A stretch of DNA of 64,000 nt from a virus. Lineage: Duplodnaviria; Caudoviricetes. The notes under the pieces were generated by a model, which did no database searches, had not been told where the DNA came from, and saw nothing but the letters and a program-made list of their open reading frames with translations. The translations under genes and the position numbers were made by a program. Shown here one piece after another: positions 60,670 through 64,000 of this stretch; the stretch's first letter is position 1; every line of letters starts with the position of its first letter. The stretch is taken from the IMG/VR virus record IMGVR_UViG_3300024058_000001, positions 1 to 64,000 of that record. One strand, given 5' to 3'.

Positions 60670-61017
60670 TCATCCTTTTTTCTTAAATTTCTTCTTGAAT
60701 TCGTCTTTAGTAATCTTTTTATCAACATCTTTCTTAAGGGCTACTTTTTGTGCAATAATTCTGTCTTTGTTTCTTTGTTCTTTCATTCTAAGTATATTAG
60801 TATCGTTTTGATATAATGCCCATTCTCGCATAGTTCTTTTTAAATAATCTTTAGCACCTTGTAACTTTAATACTTGTTCTTTGTAACGAGCAGCGTCATC
60901 TTCTGCTTCTACTAGTTTTATTACTGCACTTCTATAATCTTTATCTAATTTTTCTAATTTATCGTTTGCAAATTCCCCAAAATTCCATCTTCGAGCTTCA
61001 TTAATATTGTCAGACAT
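60670..61017 (-). CDS. Hypothetical coiled-coil protein
   Basis: ORF with GGAGG RBS. Confidence 0.55.
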   Translation of the reverse strand: MSDNINEARRWNFGEFANDKLEKLDKDYRSAVIKLVEAEDDAARYKEQVLKLQGAKDYLKRTMREWALYQNDTNILRMKEQRNKDRIIAQKVALKKDVDKKITKDEFKKKFKKKG

Positions 61018-61046
61018 TGTATTGTCCTCCAGCTTTTAGTTTTTGT

Positions 61047-61070
61047 GGGGTAGGGCCGAAGCCCTACCCC
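61047..61070 (-). terminator. GC-rich stem-loop with cUUCGg tetraloop
   Basis: GGGGTAGGGC-TTCG-GCCCTACCCC; no U-tract on the coding strand. Confidence 0.65.
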
Positions 61071-61091
61071 GTATTAATTAAATTTTAGCTA

Positions 61092-63257
61092 TTATGGTTT
61101 TCTGTAAGAAACAAGCACTTCGTCGCCAGATAAAGGAGCAGAATTAAATGTAATCGTAGCTCCAGAGATGGTGTAGTCGTCAGACCCACCCTCATTCTGA
61201 AGAATACCATTCAAGTATACTTCCTCTGTTCCAGCAGTAGGTGTGTTCGCAAGAACACCAGTAGTATCTGCGCCATCAAAATCAAACGCCACGTCTTCAC
61301 GTGTAATAAAGTTTGATTCCGTAAGACCTCCACTACCAGCACTTTCTGCGTCCAACCATGCTCGTCTGTCAACAATTGCCGTAATGTCGCCTGAAGCAGC
61401 AGTAACTTCTGCAAGCGGAATGCGTCCAGCCGTAAAGCCAGAAACATTATTCGATACAGTACCGCTACCGTCTACTTCGACAAATGACACGTCATCATCA
61501 GCTACAGTGGTAGTACCAGCACTTACTGCGGTAACAACGTTATCATTTCTAACGGTGCCTGCAGCAAAATCAGCAACTAGTCCTGTACCTTCTGTAACTT
61601 GAAGATCACTAAGATGGTCTACATCAACTGCACCAGACACAATTTCGTCTGAATCGACAGAATCAGTAGCCAGTTCATTAGCTGTAATACCACTAGCTTT
61701 AATACGAAGAGTATCCGCATTAATTTCTATTGTGGAGTCATCAACATTTACGTCAAGTTCTCCGCCAGCAGCTTGGCCTAAACCAAGACCAGCAATATCG
61801 GCATTAATAGCATCCTTATCTACTGAGTCAGGAGCGTAATGCTCTGCATCAATAGAATCTGCTACGTAATGCTCACTGTCAATTTGGTCGTCGCCAATCT
61901 TTGCGCTAGTAACCGCATCAGCAGCCAGTTGAGCCGTATCAATACCTAAATTTTTAACATTCAAGGTATCGGTAGTAATCTCAATAGTGGTATCATCAAC
62001 ATTTACGTCGAGTTCGCCACCAGCAGCTTGACCTAAGCCAAGACCTGCGATATCAGCATTGATTGCATCTTTATCAACTGAATCAGGAGCATAATGTTCG
62101 GCATCAATAGAATCAGCCACATAATGTTCGCTGTCAATTTGATCATCAGCAATCTTCGCACCAGTCACAGCATCAGCAGCTAATTGAGCAGTGTCAATAC
62201 CTAAATCTTTAACATTTAGGATATCAGCAGAAATCTCAATAGTAGAATCATCTACTCTAACACTAAGTGTGTTACCAGACTTTAGAAGACCATCACCAGC
62301 AGTAATTTGGCCTGCACCAGAAAACTGGGCAAACTCCAAAAACTTGTTAGCTTTGCTACTAGTTAGTGTAATAGGATCATTGGCAGTAAGAACAAAACCA
62401 TTATCCTTATTAACTGTACCTTCCTCAATGAAGGTAAACAAACCAGCAGTGACTTCAGCATCAGTATCGGCATCGGTAGTACGAGTAAGAGTCAACGTAG
62501 TTGACGTTCCACCAGTAACTTCCCAAAGACCATTGTAAACACCGCGAGTAGCTTCTGTGCCACCTGCATCGGTTGTTTCATCTGAAGCCGTTTCAGCATC
62601 TTTAATGAGAATTCTATTTCCAGAAACAGGCTCTACCCCGTCAATAAGACCAAGGGAGGCACCTGCACTTAAACTAGAAATCGTCATAACCCCAGTAGCA
62701 CTGACAACATCAATAGTAACACTTGAAGTCCAGTTGGAATCAGAATCTGTAGCCATACGAGCAGAAAGTTTAACATCTAAACCTTGTGCAACGCCATCTA
62801 CATAAAGTTTGTTAGCTGCGTCAGTGTCAACCAACGGAGTTTTAACTCTAATTGTACCACTAGGAGAAAAATCATACGTTGCCGTAAGATCAAGCTCCGA
62901 AGCAGTAACAGCATCAGTCGCAATTTCATTTGACGTAATGCCACTAGCTTTAACCTGCAATGTATCAGCAGAGATTTCAATAGTAGAATCATCGACGTTA
63001 ACCGATAAAGCACTACCTCCACCACCACCTAAGCCATCGCCAGCTACAGAAGAGTTAAGCTGTGTTCCAGTAATACCTGCGTCTTTGACTTTGAGTACAT
63101 CTGTATCAATCGTCAGTGTACTATCATCGTCATTAACTTCTAAAGCAGCGCCACCGCCACCAACTAAACCATTACCAGCTACAGAAGTGTTAAGTTCTGT
63201 CTCTGTAACAGTTGCAGCTTTAATTTGTACATTTCCTCTAATTTGTGTAACAGCCAT
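61092..63257 (-). CDS. Large fibre/decoration virion protein with internal repeats
   Basis: DAANK.YVD...QGLD.K, RIL.KD, NG.., TR..DAD; VDDSTI and G.GL repeats; C-terminal VYLNG...DYT domain. Confidence 0.7.
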   Translation of the reverse strand: MAVTQIRGNVQIKAATVTETELNTSVAGNGLVGGGGAALEVNDDDSTLTIDTDVLKVKDAGITGTQLNSSVAGDGLGGGGGSALSVNVDDSTIEISADTLQVKASGITSNEIATDAVTASELDLTATYDFSPSGTIRVKTPLVDTDAANKLYVDGVAQGLDVKLSARMATDSDSNWTSSVTIDVVSATGVMTISSLSAGASLGLIDGVEPVSGNRILIKDAETASDETTDAGGTEATRGVYNGLWEVTGGTSTTLTLTRTTDADTDAEVTAGLFTFIEEGTVNKDNGFVLTANDPITLTSSKANKFLEFAQFSGAGQITAGDGLLKSGNTLSVRVDDSTIEISADILNVKDLGIDTAQLAADAVTGAKIADDQIDSEHYVADSIDAEHYAPDSVDKDAINADIAGLGLGQAAGGELDVNVDDTTIEITTDTLNVKNLGIDTAQLAADAVTSAKIGDDQIDSEHYVADSIDAEHYAPDSVDKDAINADIAGLGLGQAAGGELDVNVDDSTIEINADTLRIKASGITANELATDSVDSDEIVSGAVDVDHLSDLQVTEGTGLVADFAAGTVRNDNVVTAVSAGTTTVADDDVSFVEVDGSGTVSNNVSGFTAGRIPLAEVTAASGDITAIVDRRAWLDAESAGSGGLTESNFITREDVAFDFDGADTTGVLANTPTAGTEEVYLNGILQNEGGSDDYTISGATITFNSAPLSGDEVLVSYRKP
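61700..62256 (-). repeat. Tandem 85-aa (255-nt) duplication inside the fibre gene
   Basis: LGIDTAQLAADAVT.AKI.DDQIDSEHYVADSIDAEHYAPDSVDKDAINADIAGLGLGQAAGGELDVNVDD occurs twice. Confidence 0.9.
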
Positions 63258-63320
63258 TATTAAATCACCCCATATTTTATTTTTATTTTTGTTTCATTTT
63301 CATGTTCGGGTGAATTTTCA

Positions 63321-63599
63321 TTACGCTTTCACTTGCTTGTTCACATAGCCAGCCCCGTGACACTTGGAGCATTTGGAATATCCATGTCTCAAATTCGCTT
63401 TACATTCGCATCGTTCAATCACATTATCAGTTTCTAAGTTTTTAAAACATTCTCTAAGGTTATTATAAAATGCATCCATAACCTGTTTTTTAAAATACCT
63501 GTATTCATCGGAGCTTTTCCCGAACTTAAACTCTCCGATTCCTAATATTTCTTTCATTTGTGTTAAATTATTTAAAAATATACATTCAGATATGTTCAT
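63321..63599 (-). CDS. Hypothetical protein with C-terminal zinc finger
   Basis: CEC...C..C.G.GY. Confidence 0.55.
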   Translation of the reverse strand: MNISECIFLNNLTQMKEILGIGEFKFGKSSDEYRYFKKQVMDAFYNNLRECFKNLETDNVIERCECKANLRHGYSKCSKCHGAGYVNKQVKA

Positions 63600-63603
63600 A
63601 TGA

Positions 63604-63852
63604 TTATAACCTTTGATAAACCACAGTAATACGATCAGGATCTACTCCACCTGTAGGAGAATTTATAAATTCAAATGATTGATTTGTCAATATATTATAA
63701 TCTTCATTTACTAATAATTCCAAACCATTCAATTGAACTTGTAAAGAAGCACCAACAAACGTGAAGCTTGTGGTAAATGTTTTATTTGCTCCATCAATTG
63801 TTCCAAATGCTTCTTCTTTAAATATTAATATTCCACCACGTAATACGGCCAT
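63604..63852 (-). CDS. Small virion domain protein
   Basis: G.IDG.N..FT, V.LNG, DY motif, like the C-terminus of 61092-63257. Confidence 0.6.
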   Translation of the reverse strand: MAVLRGGILIFKEEAFGTIDGANKTFTTSFTFVGASLQVQLNGLELLVNEDYNILTNQSFEFINSPTGGVDPDRITVVYQRL

Positions 63853-63873
63853 ATTCAATCCTCACGTTCAGTT

Positions 63874-64000
63874 TTAAACCCTAATTCGTTTATACGGGGA
63901 TAAACTCGTAAGTGCCCCCTCCGTTAGAGATTTTACATGTGCGCTATACGGAAAATCTCCATATGATTTAGGAAATCCTTCAGATGTTAACGACATCGCA
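63874..64000 (-). CDS. C-terminus of a gene truncated by window edge
   Basis: Open frame ...SLTSEGFPKSYGDFPYSAHVKSLTEGALTSLSPYKRIRV-stop. Confidence 0.45.
   Translation of the reverse strand, partial: AMSLTSEGFPKSYGDFPYSAHVKSLTEGALTSLSPYKRIRV

Noticed and set aside
282-63348. Numerous plus-strand ORFs in the six-frame track
   Set aside because: Nearly all are antisense shadows of minus-strand genes, without RBS or recognisable motifs
1-64000. CRISPR array, DGR/retron reverse transcriptase, integrase, transposase
   Set aside because: No regularly spaced repeats, no RT motifs, no adenine-specific TR/VR pair and no recombinase motifs seen; mismatches in the direct repeats found are not adenine-specific

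Overview
A 64-kb, AT-rich segment of a large tailed dsDNA phage (Caudoviricetes, apparently non-contractile tail). Essentially every real gene is on the minus strand and uses the standard code. In transcription order (right to left) there are six blocks. (1) ~64.0-41.2 kb: virion genes, including fibre/decoration proteins, neck, tail tube, frameshifted tail chaperone pair, short tape measure, and baseplate/hub proteins. (2) ~41.2-30.0 kb: small accessory genes (peptide deformylase-SEC-C, M48 protease lipoprotein, phosphoesterase, YopX, Tad1-like sponge, tRNA-like structures), ending at a strong terminator at 29.94 kb. (3) A ~1.3-kb non-coding gap that may be the genome end or a regulatory hub. 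(4) ~28.6-17.7 kb: an early/host-takeover region studded with near-consensus sigma70 promoters. (5) An origin-like tract near 17.3-17.6 kb, then accessory genes (pilin, guanine deaminase, three-gene RNA repair set). (6) The replication operon: DnaB, DnaG, UDG-PolA fusion, an intact aldehyde dehydrogenase, MazG and an exonuclease. The best candidate for an undescribed system is a possible sigma-factor interference programme. It comprises four stand-alone zinc anti-sigma (ZAS/zf-HC2) proteins with no cognate sigma gene in the window, and a duplicated, exactly phased back-to-back sigma70/sigma54 promoter module whose sigma54 halves point into non-coding, structured DNA. Also notable are a 14-aa peptide repeat shared by four different virion proteins, a phage-borne pilin, and an ALDH translationally coupled to DNA polymerase. 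All family calls are from motif recognition by eye; no searches were run.
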